Shown: in pieces, positions 40,771 to 49,939 of the stretch
Layout of the letters: each line of letters begins with the position of its first letter
How positions within the stretch are numbered: position 1 is the first letter of the stretch
DNA from: Promethearchaeota archaeon
GTDB taxonomy: Archaea; Asgardarchaeota; Heimdallarchaeia; Hodarchaeales; Hodarchaeaceae
DNA length: 64,000 bases
Direction of reading: 5' to 3'
NCBI GenBank assembly: GCA_048938105.1
Contig: JBHLMN010000002.1
Span: 192,001-256,000 of the forward strand
Position numbers and translations under genes: made by a program
The notes under the pieces: model-generated
Told to the model about the DNA's origin: nothing
The model's input: only the letters and a program-made list of their open reading frames with translations
Databases searched by the model: none

Positions 40771-42066
40771 ATGCTGAAAAGAGAATATGAGGATCATTAT
40801 CTAAATTTGGACCTCCCTCTTTTAGAAAAAAAGTTTTTAGTTGAGAGTCGAATTCCTATTCACTGTTTGACTGTTGAGGATCGACACATCGTTGGAATTG
40901 AGTACTCTTCTCGTCTTAACACTCTCCCTGCTTCGATTGGAGGATTGAGTGAGTTAAAAATATTACGTTTATCTTCTAGTTCTTTAGGGGAACTCCCTGA
41001 GGAAATAGGCCGACTCACGAAATTGGAAACTTTGGTTCTGTCGGAAAACTTTTTGGTCACCCTTCCTGATACTATCGGAGACTTGGGTAGACTTCAGGAG
41101 TTAGTTCTCTCCCTGAATTATCTAAAGACTCTTCCTGATACAATTGGAAATTTGACGAATCTCCGTACCTTAGATCTAGGTGACCCATATGTAGGTTACG
41201 ATTTCTTTACAGAGGAACAAGACGAATCAGACCATGTCAATAGGTATTCTCCGATTGGTATTACTCTGTTTAAGGAGTTTTCTTCTAAGATTGGCGTTAC
41301 TCTTTTTGAGAGGGTTTCTTCCCAGTTTGGACAGATACCTTTGGGGGAATTGTATCGGTTACTTGATCCAGATAGTAATCATTTGATGTCCATTCCCAAT
41401 ACAGTGGGGAACTTATCCAATTTAGAGACATTACATCTTCAGGGGAATTGGTTGGCGACTCTCCCCGACACAATTGGGAATTTAACTAACCTCGTAGAAT
41501 TAAACTTACTAGGGAACCCCTTAGAGACCCTCCCAATTTCTATACGCAATCTTCCAAATCTCGAATTTCTTCGGATCTATAGTCCTATCAGTCTGGTCTC
41601 GGATTCAGAACGGTGTCCTAGTGAGGTAGTAGATCTTTTAGAGGATTTACGTCAGAAAGGATGTTGGGTTGAAAACTCTCTGACCTCGATGGAGGAGGGG
41701 ATGACACGTCCTCCAATTGATCTCTCCACGATCCCCCAACTGGATGACGTACAGCTCCCATCGTCTTTGAAACACACTTGGGATAAATGCTTAGATGGTT
41801 TTAAGACAGGTGGTTTTTATGCCTTTTTTGAGGAGCTTTACCGTATCATTATAAGCGTGTTACACGTTGGTTGGTATGAGTTTAAGGAAGAGTTGAATGC
41901 TAAAGTGTCCGAGTATAAACTATCTGAATTTATGCCTTTCTTTACACAGTTACTCTCTGTCAGGGAGTCTTTTGATTCTGATGTCCACTACTGGCCCTCG
42001 GAGGATGAAGCTCGTGAACTTCTGATCCAAGCATGTACTTTTCTCTCTTATAAACAGATACCATAA
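40771..42066 (+). CDS. Leucine-rich-repeat protein with a 64-aa insertion and a helical C-terminal domain
   Basis: LxxLxLxxNxLxxLPxxIGxL repeats; one repeat is split by the insert at about 41179-41370. Confidence 0.88.
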   Translation: MLKREYEDHYLNLDLPLLEKKFLVESRIPIHCLTVEDRHIVGIEYSSRLNTLPASIGGLSELKILRLSSSSLGELPEEIGRLTKLETLVLSENFLVTLPDTIGDLGRLQELVLSLNYLKTLPDTIGNLTNLRTLDLGDPYVGYDFFTEEQDESDHVNRYSPIGITLFKEFSSKIGVTLFERVSSQFGQIPLGELYRLLDPDSNHLMSIPNTVGNLSNLETLHLQGNWLATLPDTIGNLTNLVELNLLGNPLETLPISIRNLPNLEFLRIYSPISLVSDSERCPSEVVDLLEDLRQKGCWVENSLTSMEEGMTRPPIDLSTIPQLDDVQLPSSLKHTWDKCLDGFKTGGFYAFFEELYRIIISVLHVGWYEFKEELNAKVSEYKLSEFMPFFTQLLSVRESFDSDVHYWPSEDEARELLIQACTFLSYKQIP

Positions 42067-42154
42067 TGAATTTCTGTATTTCGATATAATGCAATTTCTA
42101 TGATTTTATCCGCAATATAGTAGATTGAAAGTATCTTTAAAATTGAGATGTGAA

Positions 42155-42436
42155 ATGACCGGACAAATTAGGATCATGTTCCACGCAACCTTTAGAGAGG
42201 TTACTGGGAAAAGAGAAATTGAAGAGAAGCTTGAAAAAAATCGTACAGTAAAATATTTTTTAGATAAACTAGCAAAAAAATATGGAAAAGAATTCAATGG
42301 AATAATTGATCCAAAAACAAACGAAATTTCTACTGAAGTTTTAATTATGATTAATGGAAGAGGTATCAGAACAACAGATATAATATTAAAAGATGAAGAT
42401 GTTTTAATAATATCACTTCCTCTTGGCGGTGGTTAA
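42155..42436 (+). CDS. MoaD/ThiS/SAMP ubiquitin-like sulfur carrier
   Basis: FHATFRE.TG, IMINGR, LKDEDVL, C-terminal GGG; ATG at 42155 is the likely start. Confidence 0.88.
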   Translation: MTGQIRIMFHATFREVTGKREIEEKLEKNRTVKYFLDKLAKKYGKEFNGIIDPKTNEISTEVLIMINGRGIRTTDIILKDEDVLIISLPLGGG

Positions 42437-42464
42437 GAGAGAAAATTGAGTATGTGATTATGAT

Positions 42465-42608
42465 ATGAATGAAGTAAGATGTTTAAACTGTTTGAAACGA
42501 TTTGAGGTTCAACTAAAGGCTGATGAAGCTGCTTGTCCAAATTGTGGAACCCGATATAGAATCTCTTGGCCAAGACCAGACCAACCTAAAATACGTGGGT
42601 CCGCATAA
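42465..42608 (+). CDS. 47-aa zinc-ribbon protein (absent from the ORF track)
   Basis: MNEVRCLNCLKRFEV...AACPNCGTRYRISWPRPDQPKIRGSA*; fills the gap between the MoaD-like and AOR genes. Confidence 0.75.
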   Translation: MNEVRCLNCLKRFEVQLKADEAACPNCGTRYRISWPRPDQPKIRGSA

Positions 42609-42629
42609 AAAGTACTTGAGGTAAAATTC

Positions 42630-44519
42630 ATGGTTTGGAAAAGGAACATCGCATATGTTGATTTATCTAAAGGAAAAGTCGAAAAAAATACGATACCAAA
42701 GTCACTTCGGAAACAATATTTAGGGGGTCGCGGGATCAATGCTTACTATTCATATAATCACATTTCACCTGGAATTGATCCTCTAGGCCCTAAAAATGCG
42801 TTACTTATTGGAACAGGATTACTCACTGGAGTTCCAGCTCTTGGTGCTGGTAGATGTGATATTGCAGCAAAGTCACCCTTAACAGGAGCAGTGGGAAACT
42901 CCAATATAGGAGGTTTCTTTGGTCTGGAGCTGAGATTGGCTGGTTTTGATAACTTAATTATTACTGGAAATGCCAAGAAACCTATTTACCTTTGGATAAA
43001 AGATGGAGAGATAGAAATCTTAGATGCAAGTCATCTTTGGGGAAATGACACCTTTGATACTCAAACTCAAATTCGTTCTGATCATAATGATGAGGAAATA
43101 AAGAGTATTGTCATAGGTGTTGCTGGAGAAAAACTTGTACGTTATGCCAATATTAGAACTGGGATGAAAAATTCTGCAGGACGAACAGGCATGGGATGTG
43201 TTATGGGTTCCAAGAATTTAAAGGCCATAGCTGTTCGTGGAACGAAAGATATTGAATTTACTTATCCAGAAGAATTATTGGAATATAGTTCACATATGAA
43301 CGATATGATTACTAGTACTCGTTGGGCACGGGCGCAATCAAAATGGGGTACGCTTATCATTTATAGTAACACCAATACCACAGGACTAATCCGAACTCGA
43401 AACTTCCAGAAAAATCTGTTAGAAGAAGGAGAAGACCTGGAGCCTGAAAATATGGACAAGTATACAATAGGTATGTCCAGTTGTTATGGTTGTAGTGTAC
43501 ACTGTCGTCATCGGTATGTATTGGAGGAAGGGCCTTATGCCCCTATTTTTGCAGAAGGACCTGAATATACCTCCCTTGGGGCTTTTGGAACAATGATCGA
43601 CTGTAAAAAAATGGAAACAGTATTAGTTGCTAATCACTTGGTAAATAAGTATGGTATAGACACACTAGAGGTTGGAGGACTATGCGCGTGGGCGATGGAA
43701 CTTTGGGAAAACGGAATCCTCACAAAAAAGATGACCGATGGATTAGAACTCGAATGGGGGGATGAGGAAGTTCTTTTCGAACTCATCCGCAAAATATCCT
43801 ATAGAGAAGGTTTTGGGGACCTACTCGCTGATGGTTTCAAGCCTGCAATAGCGAAAATTGGTAAAGGATCAGAATATTATGCGATGCAGATTAAAGGGAT
43901 GAGTAACTTACATTCAGACGAACGGCCGACTCCAAGCCTTGCCTTAGGAATAGCAACTGCGACAAGAGGAGCTGATCATCTAAGAAGTCGTCCCGCTATA
44001 GACCTTTATGGACTGCCTGAAAAACTCCTAGAGGAGATATATGGTGGCCCCGTTTCCTCAGACTATACTTCTTATGAGGGAAAAAGTCGTGAAGTTTGGT
44101 GGCAAGAACTTCTTTATGCAGTCACAGACTCAATTGGGGTATGTAAATTTCAGACTGTATTTTGTGCTGTGAATGCCCCAAAATGGGACGAATTCTCGAA
44201 GCTTATTTATCTAACTACAGGAATGGATTTGAAAAAGCCCCAACTAATGGAGATTGGAGAAAGAATTACAGCTATTGAACGGCTTTTCAATATTAGAGAG
44301 GGTTTTTCGAGAAAAGATGATATTTTACCTGAACGTTTTTTCAAAGAACCGACTCCCCTTGGATTTCCAATAGCAAAAGGTAAGAAAATTGATAGAGATA
44401 AATTCAAAGTGATGATAGACAAGTATTATTCTCTTCATAAATGGGATAACGCTGGAGTTCCCACCCCTGAAACCCTTCAAAGTCTCGGGTTAGACCTAGA
44501 ACAATCTCAAACAACTTGA
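42630..44519 (+). CDS. aor: Tungsten-containing aldehyde:ferredoxin oxidoreductase family enzyme
   Basis: YLGGRG, KSPLTG, AGRTGMGCVMGSKNLKAIAV, CYGCSVHC, EGPEY, GIDT, RGADH, DSIGVCKF, ERLFNIREG. Confidence 0.92.
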   Translation: MVWKRNIAYVDLSKGKVEKNTIPKSLRKQYLGGRGINAYYSYNHISPGIDPLGPKNALLIGTGLLTGVPALGAGRCDIAAKSPLTGAVGNSNIGGFFGLELRLAGFDNLIITGNAKKPIYLWIKDGEIEILDASHLWGNDTFDTQTQIRSDHNDEEIKSIVIGVAGEKLVRYANIRTGMKNSAGRTGMGCVMGSKNLKAIAVRGTKDIEFTYPEELLEYSSHMNDMITSTRWARAQSKWGTLIIYSNTNTTGLIRTRNFQKNLLEEGEDLEPENMDKYTIGMSSCYGCSVHCRHRYVLEEGPYAPIFAEGPEYTSLGAFGTMIDCKKMETVLVANHLVNKYGIDTLEVGGLCAWAMELWENGILTKKMTDGLELEWGDEEVLFELIRKISYREGFGDLLADGFKPAIAKIGKGSEYYAMQIKGMSNLHSDERPTPSLALGIATATRGADHLRSRPAIDLYGLPEKLLEEIYGGPVSSDYTSYEGKSREVWWQELLYAVTDSIGVCKFQTVFCAVNAPKWDEFSKLIYLTTGMDLKKPQLMEIGERITAIERLFNIREGFSRKDDILPERFFKEPTPLGFPIAKGKKIDRDKFKVMIDKYYSLHKWDNAGVPTPETLQSLGLDLEQSQTT

Positions 44520-44535
44520 AATGGAGAAATAAGCT

Positions 44536-45021
44536 ATGCAAAAAATTCTATTTGTTGATCCTGAAAAATGTACAGGCTGCAGGATATGTGAAACAGTATG
44601 TTCTCTCCATCAAGAGAAAGTTGTAAATCCAGCACGATCGAGAATTCAAATAATTAAATGGGATAATGCTGGTATATACATCCCCATGATTTGTCAACAA
44701 TGTGAGACTGCACCATGTGAAACTGTTTGTCCCATGCGAGCTATTCATAGAGATAAAAATACAGGAGCACTACTTATTGATTATGATTTATGTGTAGGAT
44801 GCAAATTATGCGTTACTTTCTGTCCATTCGGAGGAGCAGGAATCGATATTGAAGGAAAAATAATTAAATGTGATCTTTGTAAGGGGAATCCTCAATGTGT
44901 AAGGAACTGTGAACCAAAAGCGTTACAGTATCTTGAGGCAAGTGCTATCAACTTGAGAAAAAGAAGAGTGGCAGCTGAAAATCTTTCAGAATTAATGAAG
45001 AAGATATTAATTGTCACTTGA
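44536..45021 (+). CDS. 4Fe-4S dicluster electron-transfer subunit (DmsB/HycB-like)
   Basis: CTGCRICETVC, CQQCETAPCETVCP, CVGCKLCVTFCP, KCDLC...CVRNC. Confidence 0.92.
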   Translation: MQKILFVDPEKCTGCRICETVCSLHQEKVVNPARSRIQIIKWDNAGIYIPMICQQCETAPCETVCPMRAIHRDKNTGALLIDYDLCVGCKLCVTFCPFGGAGIDIEGKIIKCDLCKGNPQCVRNCEPKALQYLEASAINLRKRRVAAENLSELMKKILIVT

Positions 45022-45051
45022 ATAAAAATCGATAATAGAGAGAGGACTGAA

Positions 45052-45444
45052 GTGAATAGCCGATCAAAACCCCAAATTCGGATGAAAATTAATTCTGAAT
45101 ACTGGGATATCATCCTTATAGGCCCTAGTCCAAAAACAGGAAATAAAATTTTAAATCTTCTCCCAATAGAAAGTGATGTAAGAACTTGGGGAGAAGAAAT
45201 TTACTTTACTATACCTTTAAGTCTTCCTGAAGAAAATGCAAGGAGCGTTGTGGAATTAGGGGATGTTGCATATTGGCCAGAGGGGGAGTGCTTTTGTGTA
45301 TTCTTCGGAATGACCCCTCTAACATCGTCATTAGATGAAATCAAACCTGCCTCCCCTGTAAATGTTTTTGGGAAAGTCATTGGTGATCTGGAAAAACTTA
45401 AGTCCATTAAACCAGGTGTAAAAGCATTTCTAGAACAGATTTAG
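45052..45444 (+). CDS. Cyclophilin-like fold protein (DUF369/TM1367-like)
   Basis: [41 protein letters not shown]. Confidence 0.85.
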   Translation: MNSRSKPQIRMKINSEYWDIILIGPSPKTGNKILNLLPIESDVRTWGEEIYFTIPLSLPEENARSVVELGDVAYWPEGECFCVFFGMTPLTSSLDEIKPASPVNVFGKVIGDLEKLKSIKPGVKAFLEQI

Positions 45445-45675
45445 AATACAGGTTTTCATCTGAAAATAAATTAGCTTGTCTTTTTATATATAGATTTGAT
45501 TGGAAACCGTTACCTGATTCTGAATGGGACTAGTATCTTTAGATAAAAATCCCAAATAAATGTATTAGAAACTAGGATACAAATATACTTTTATACTTGT
45601 ATAATTCCTAACATGAGTAAGGAAAAAAGCTCAAAATTAAGAGTTTTCATGGTAATATTAGTTAAAGTGAGGTAA

Positions 45676-45939
45676 ATGACAACAGTACGATTAAATAAAG
45701 ATGATGAAGATCTTTTAGAAAGATTAAGGGCTCGATATATTTTAATGGGGAAAAAAATGACAAAAAAGGAGATCTTAGGACAGTTAATTAGACAAGAAGC
45801 AAAAAAATTTGAAGAAGAAGTAATTAATCATGATTTGCTAGAATTAGAAAAGGATATTGCTTGGAAATTACTCCAGAAACCATTAAAATGGGGTATTAAA
45901 GACACTTCTACAACAGTAGATGAATATCTCTATCAGTGA
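45676..45939 (+). CDS. Putative antitoxin (ribbon-helix-helix-like)
   Basis: MTTVRL..D..LL N-terminus and S..VDEYLY C-terminus; directly upstream of a PIN gene. Confidence 0.7.
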   Translation: MTTVRLNKDDEDLLERLRARYILMGKKMTKKEILGQLIRQEAKKFEEEVINHDLLELEKDIAWKLLQKPLKWGIKDTSTTVDEYLYQ

Positions 45940-45948
45940 GGGATTTTC

Positions 45949-46359
45949 ATGGTTGTTTTCTTAGATACTGGGTTCATTCTTGCTATACGTAATTTTGATG
46001 ATATAAATCATATTAAGGCAACCGAAATCATGAGAGAATGTTTATCAGGTAAATATGGCAGAATAATTGTTTCAAATTTCGTATTCGATGAAACTGTTAC
46101 CTTAACACTTGTGAGAACTCATAATAAACACCTTGTTAAAGATATTGGGGACTATATTCTTAATTCGCCGCGAATTATTTTACTTCATTTAAGTGAAACA
46201 GAATTTTTAGCTACATGGGAGCTATTCCTCAAATACTTCGAAAATGGACTTTCATTTACTGATTGCTCCCTTTTGGTTATGGGAAAGCTCTTCGAGAGTA
46301 ATGTTTACATTGCTACTTTTGATACACATTTTAAGGGACTCCTTACCATAATTGAATGA
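45949..46359 (+). CDS. vapC: PIN-domain VapC toxin
   Basis: VFLDTG, FDETVT, LSFTDC, IATFD.HF. Confidence 0.88.
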   Translation: MVVFLDTGFILAIRNFDDINHIKATEIMRECLSGKYGRIIVSNFVFDETVTLTLVRTHNKHLVKDIGDYILNSPRIILLHLSETEFLATWELFLKYFENGLSFTDCSLLVMGKLFESNVYIATFDTHFKGLLTIIE

Positions 46360-46564
46360 TTTTTATATAACAGATGTGCAATATTCAACGAAAGATGACA
46401 GAGATAGATTGTTTAACCATCCTCCAAGGATTCCATTCGGAAGTATGAGTTGTTTCATGTTTTTTAATACTCTCATTTTTTATTCATGTCATTGAATCTT
46501 AGTTAATAGACATAATCCATATCAATATCAGTATTTTGATCAATACAGATGTTTTAACCTCGAT

Positions 46565-47401
46565 TTAAGCTTCATGATCCCCAAAAACCCAGAAATATTC
46601 TTCTGATGTTCTTTCAAAGCCTATTTTCTCTGCAAGTTTGATACTACCTTGATTATCTTTATTACTATGCCATCCTACTGTGATGTTATTATTTTGACAA
46701 TAATCAACAAATGCTGCTACTGTGAGAGTAGCGAAGCCTTTCTTTTGGTGCGTTTCAACTGTTTGAACCCAAGCTTCACAGGAATGGTCATGTACAAAAG
46801 AAAGGCACCAACTTATAATTTCTAATTCACTAGATAACAAACAATAACCAAAGTTCCCTTTCCTTAGAAATTCTTCCGTAGATCCAGCAATATCCTCAAT
46901 TTCAATCATAAGAGAATTTAAATTCTTAAAGTTCTTATTTCTCAACAGTTGATTGTCAATAAATTTCATTTGAAAATAAGGAGGAATTTGCTGCTCCCAA
47001 TCACCACTCCGAAATGTTTTTAGAACGTAATAACAGCGTGGAATTGTACTTAGATGTGATTTTTCTGTTATAATTTCTTTTTCCATTATTACAGTTTTCC
47101 AGGTTTCTGAACATATCAGAAAATATTGCTTAATACCACGACTCAACGCATTTGGGGCAATTTCCTTAGTAAATAGTTTCCTGAGATCTATATTAAACTC
47201 ATAGTTATCTTCCCTTCCAGCAAGATAATATGAATAACGTATATCCCAAATTAATGCTGATTTCGGATCGTTTTCATTATCTACCCATATTCTTCCGGGA
47301 ATTGCAGCATCAATTATCGCATCAATAGCCAAATGGAATTTCAATGGATTTACAAGAGTTCTGACTCGCACATACTTATTCTTCTTGAGTTCTACTATCA
47401 T
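46565..47401 (-). CDS. Tandem-GNAT acetyltransferase
   Basis: GRIWVD..NDPKSA, GYCL...IISWC, QTVETHQKKGFAT, N.GSIKLAEKIGF. Confidence 0.85.
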   Translation of the reverse strand: MIVELKKNKYVRVRTLVNPLKFHLAIDAIIDAAIPGRIWVDNENDPKSALIWDIRYSYYLAGREDNYEFNIDLRKLFTKEIAPNALSRGIKQYFLICSETWKTVIMEKEIITEKSHLSTIPRCYYVLKTFRSGDWEQQIPPYFQMKFIDNQLLRNKNFKNLNSLMIEIEDIAGSTEEFLRKGNFGYCLLSSELEIISWCLSFVHDHSCEAWVQTVETHQKKGFATLTVAAFVDYCQNNNITVGWHSNKDNQGSIKLAEKIGFERTSEEYFWVFGDHEA

Positions 47402-48184
47402 TGTATTGCATCTCCTGAATGTTTTTCTAAGGAAACCTAGATGTAAAGGATGTCTATCATGACTAAAAGAAATCTATTTTCTTGTTAATACATTTACTTC
47501 AGAAAATGTTTTATATCTTATAAATTTATTTTTTGATGGGTAATTTGGTTTATTTTTTCGTTTATTGCGTCGTGCGATTTTTTTCATCATGGGTTTACTC
47601 CATTGCTTCGAATAATAATTAGGGCATTTTTTGGTCGGTTAACACGGGGAATCTAATGATGATTACATCTTAATCAAACAAGGCCGGATAATGAAAATGT
47701 TAATTGATTCATGGGTTTTTATCCCTCACACCATTATGATGAATATCTAAGAGGACACTAACATGAGTTATTTATAAAATTTCTGGTTCTACTGACCCCA
47801 TCATCAATTTACAAACTATTAATAATTGTATTCCGTTTTTACTCTTGATAGATTAAATTAACCACCAAAAGATTCGTTTCGGTAAAATAAACCTTTCGAA
47901 CATAGAAATATACAATTCATTGGTAAGAATTAGCGTTGTTGTGTAGTTCCTGTATATCTAAACGGCTTATTTTACTAATTTTTAAATTTAGAATGAAGTC
48001 ATTTTGAAGTCAATTTTGAGTATAACCAACGATAGACGCCATTGAAAATCATAATGTTACACAAAAAATTCATTACTCCATAACTGACCATTGAAGAAGA
48101 GGAGATTACACTTAGAGGGATTAGATTAGCTGTTTGACTTTAGGCTGCGAATAATCTTCTTTAAGAAAGAGAATTTCTATTGCA

Positions 48185-48748
48185 TTAAGCTTGTTCTGTG
48201 TCTTTGAGTTGTTTGAGCTGTTGATAAATCGTATCAGGATCTTTAATGTCACGTAGAATCATTCCTCCGAGACTTCCTCGCATCCCAATCATGGGAATCA
48301 TCATACCCTTTGTCGTTAAGAAAATAGATCCTAAATTATATCGCTTTTGTAAAACCCCTTTACGTAAATAGATCTCCGAGACATCCACAAATTTGATAGT
48401 TTTTTGTTCTACGGTAAAGAGCCCCTCAAAATACTCAATACGGTTAGGAAAAATACGATACTCGATATGACTAATCGTGGTATTTCGGTACCAAATGGAA
48501 AGAATTATCCCTAACAGAAAAAAGCCAATGGTACCCCCGATAAACATCATCGTTGTGGTAGAATCCGCAGTACCACCAATAGTTGGTTGACCACTCGCTA
48601 TCAAGGTCACCATCAACACACCTATTCCCCCAAATAAACCCAGAAAGATGGCGATAGGTATTGATTTTAATAATCCAATTAATTTTAGGAATTTGGGTTT
48701 TAAGATTACGAGTGGTTTTTCAGAATTGCCCTGAATTGAAGATTTCAT
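48185..48748 (-). CDS. Membrane protein with a bacterial PH (bPH_2) domain
   Basis: Two TM helices, then YRIFPNRI...G..T.EQKTI....V...KGVLQKRYNLGSI...LRDIKDP. Confidence 0.75.
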   Translation of the reverse strand: MKSSIQGNSEKPLVILKPKFLKLIGLLKSIPIAIFLGLFGGIGVLMVTLIASGQPTIGGTADSTTTMMFIGGTIGFFLLGIILSIWYRNTTISHIEYRIFPNRIEYFEGLFTVEQKTIKFVDVSEIYLRKGVLQKRYNLGSIFLTTKGMMIPMIGMRGSLGGMILRDIKDPDTIYQQLKQLKDTEQA

Positions 48749-48988
48749 ATAACAAACCTCTATTGATTAAATTACGATATTTTTAATCGTCCCACTTTAA
48801 AAAGATATGGAATTCAAACACAAGTCATATTCTTAACTTCAGAAATATGAGTCTAATTCAAAATTATGGGAGTATAAGGAGATTTATGGGCAAAACCAGC
48901 GTTTAAGGAGCGTGCTTTATTTCTTGTAAATATCCATTGAAAATTCAGAGTAAAATCACTTTAAATGCGAGAAATACTTTCTATGCTG

Positions 48989-49654
48989 TCAAATGCTATA
49001 TCGGATTTGAGTGTCACGGATGTAGATCGAAAGTTCGGCTGACAGTTTAGTTAAAAGCGTATGAGCTTGAGCAGATAACCCTAATCCAGTTATTATATTA
49101 AGAGAAAGACTATTTAATAGATCAACCACGAAGAAATCATTTAAAATAGTTTCTAACCAGTGTAAGAAGAAAAGCTGGAAAGGAGGTCTATTAGAAGTAA
49201 ACCATACGGCATTTCTGAGATCCATTTTATATAATTGTCGCATCATAAGTAATCGAAGCTGACGGTTTTTTCCAAAATGAGTGTGATAATCTTGGGCATG
49301 TTCCAGATGTCTTTGTTTAAGATCTGTAAGTTTAATATTCAATTCCCCTGTTATTCCCCTTATTACCTCAGATATCTTGAAACGAATTAAATAAGCTTGT
49401 TCGATAGAATCAAGTAGGCTTCGGAAAAGTCTTTTTAAGTCATGAATTGCTTCACTGGTTGAATTTGCATCATTTCGAAAAATACATCCCCCAAATAATA
49501 TAAGTGGTTCGCGATCAGGAAATTGATTTTGGTAATATAAATAAGTTCTTGGTTTTTCAATGATGCCCATCTTACTCAATTTTCTCTTCTTGGTTAAACT
49601 TTTGAAGCTATCTAAATAATTCATTAGCAAGTTGGTAGATATTTTCTGAGACAT
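48989..49654 (-). CDS. Hypothetical protein
   Basis: 221-aa ORF with no recognised motif. Confidence 0.55.
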   Translation of the reverse strand: MSQKISTNLLMNYLDSFKSLTKKRKLSKMGIIEKPRTYLYYQNQFPDREPLILFGGCIFRNDANSTSEAIHDLKRLFRSLLDSIEQAYLIRFKISEVIRGITGELNIKLTDLKQRHLEHAQDYHTHFGKNRQLRLLMMRQLYKMDLRNAVWFTSNRPPFQLFFLHWLETILNDFFVVDLLNSLSLNIITGLGLSAQAHTLLTKLSAELSIYIRDTQIRYSI

Positions 49655-49939
49655 TTTGAATAATTAATTCAATATTAAGAGTGAAAAAATAAGAAATGGA
49701 AATTATATCTTCAATCTGTTTTCTTAATAGATTAGAATATTACAAACATACATCATTATCATATGATAATGATGTGTATTATTAAATTATCTTTATAATT
49801 GAAAAATACCTCTTAATTAATGACACTTTTTGTCTATTTATTTCGCTTTTGAATATCTGAATATTATATCAAATAGTGCACAGGACAATATGGTCAGAAG
49901 AATTCGTCATTGAAATGAGTAAAGATGGAGTATTAATCT

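Noticed and set aside
42630-44519. AOR as a class II benzoyl-CoA reductase (BamB)
   Set aside because: It lacks the BamB-like motifs I recall and has no bamC-I context; it looks like a generic AOR. A phylogeny would settle this.
47402-48184. 780-bp gap as an ncRNA or hidden gene
   Set aside because: AT-rich, the frames I read have multiple stops, and I found no convincing structure or motif. It may be a decayed gene.
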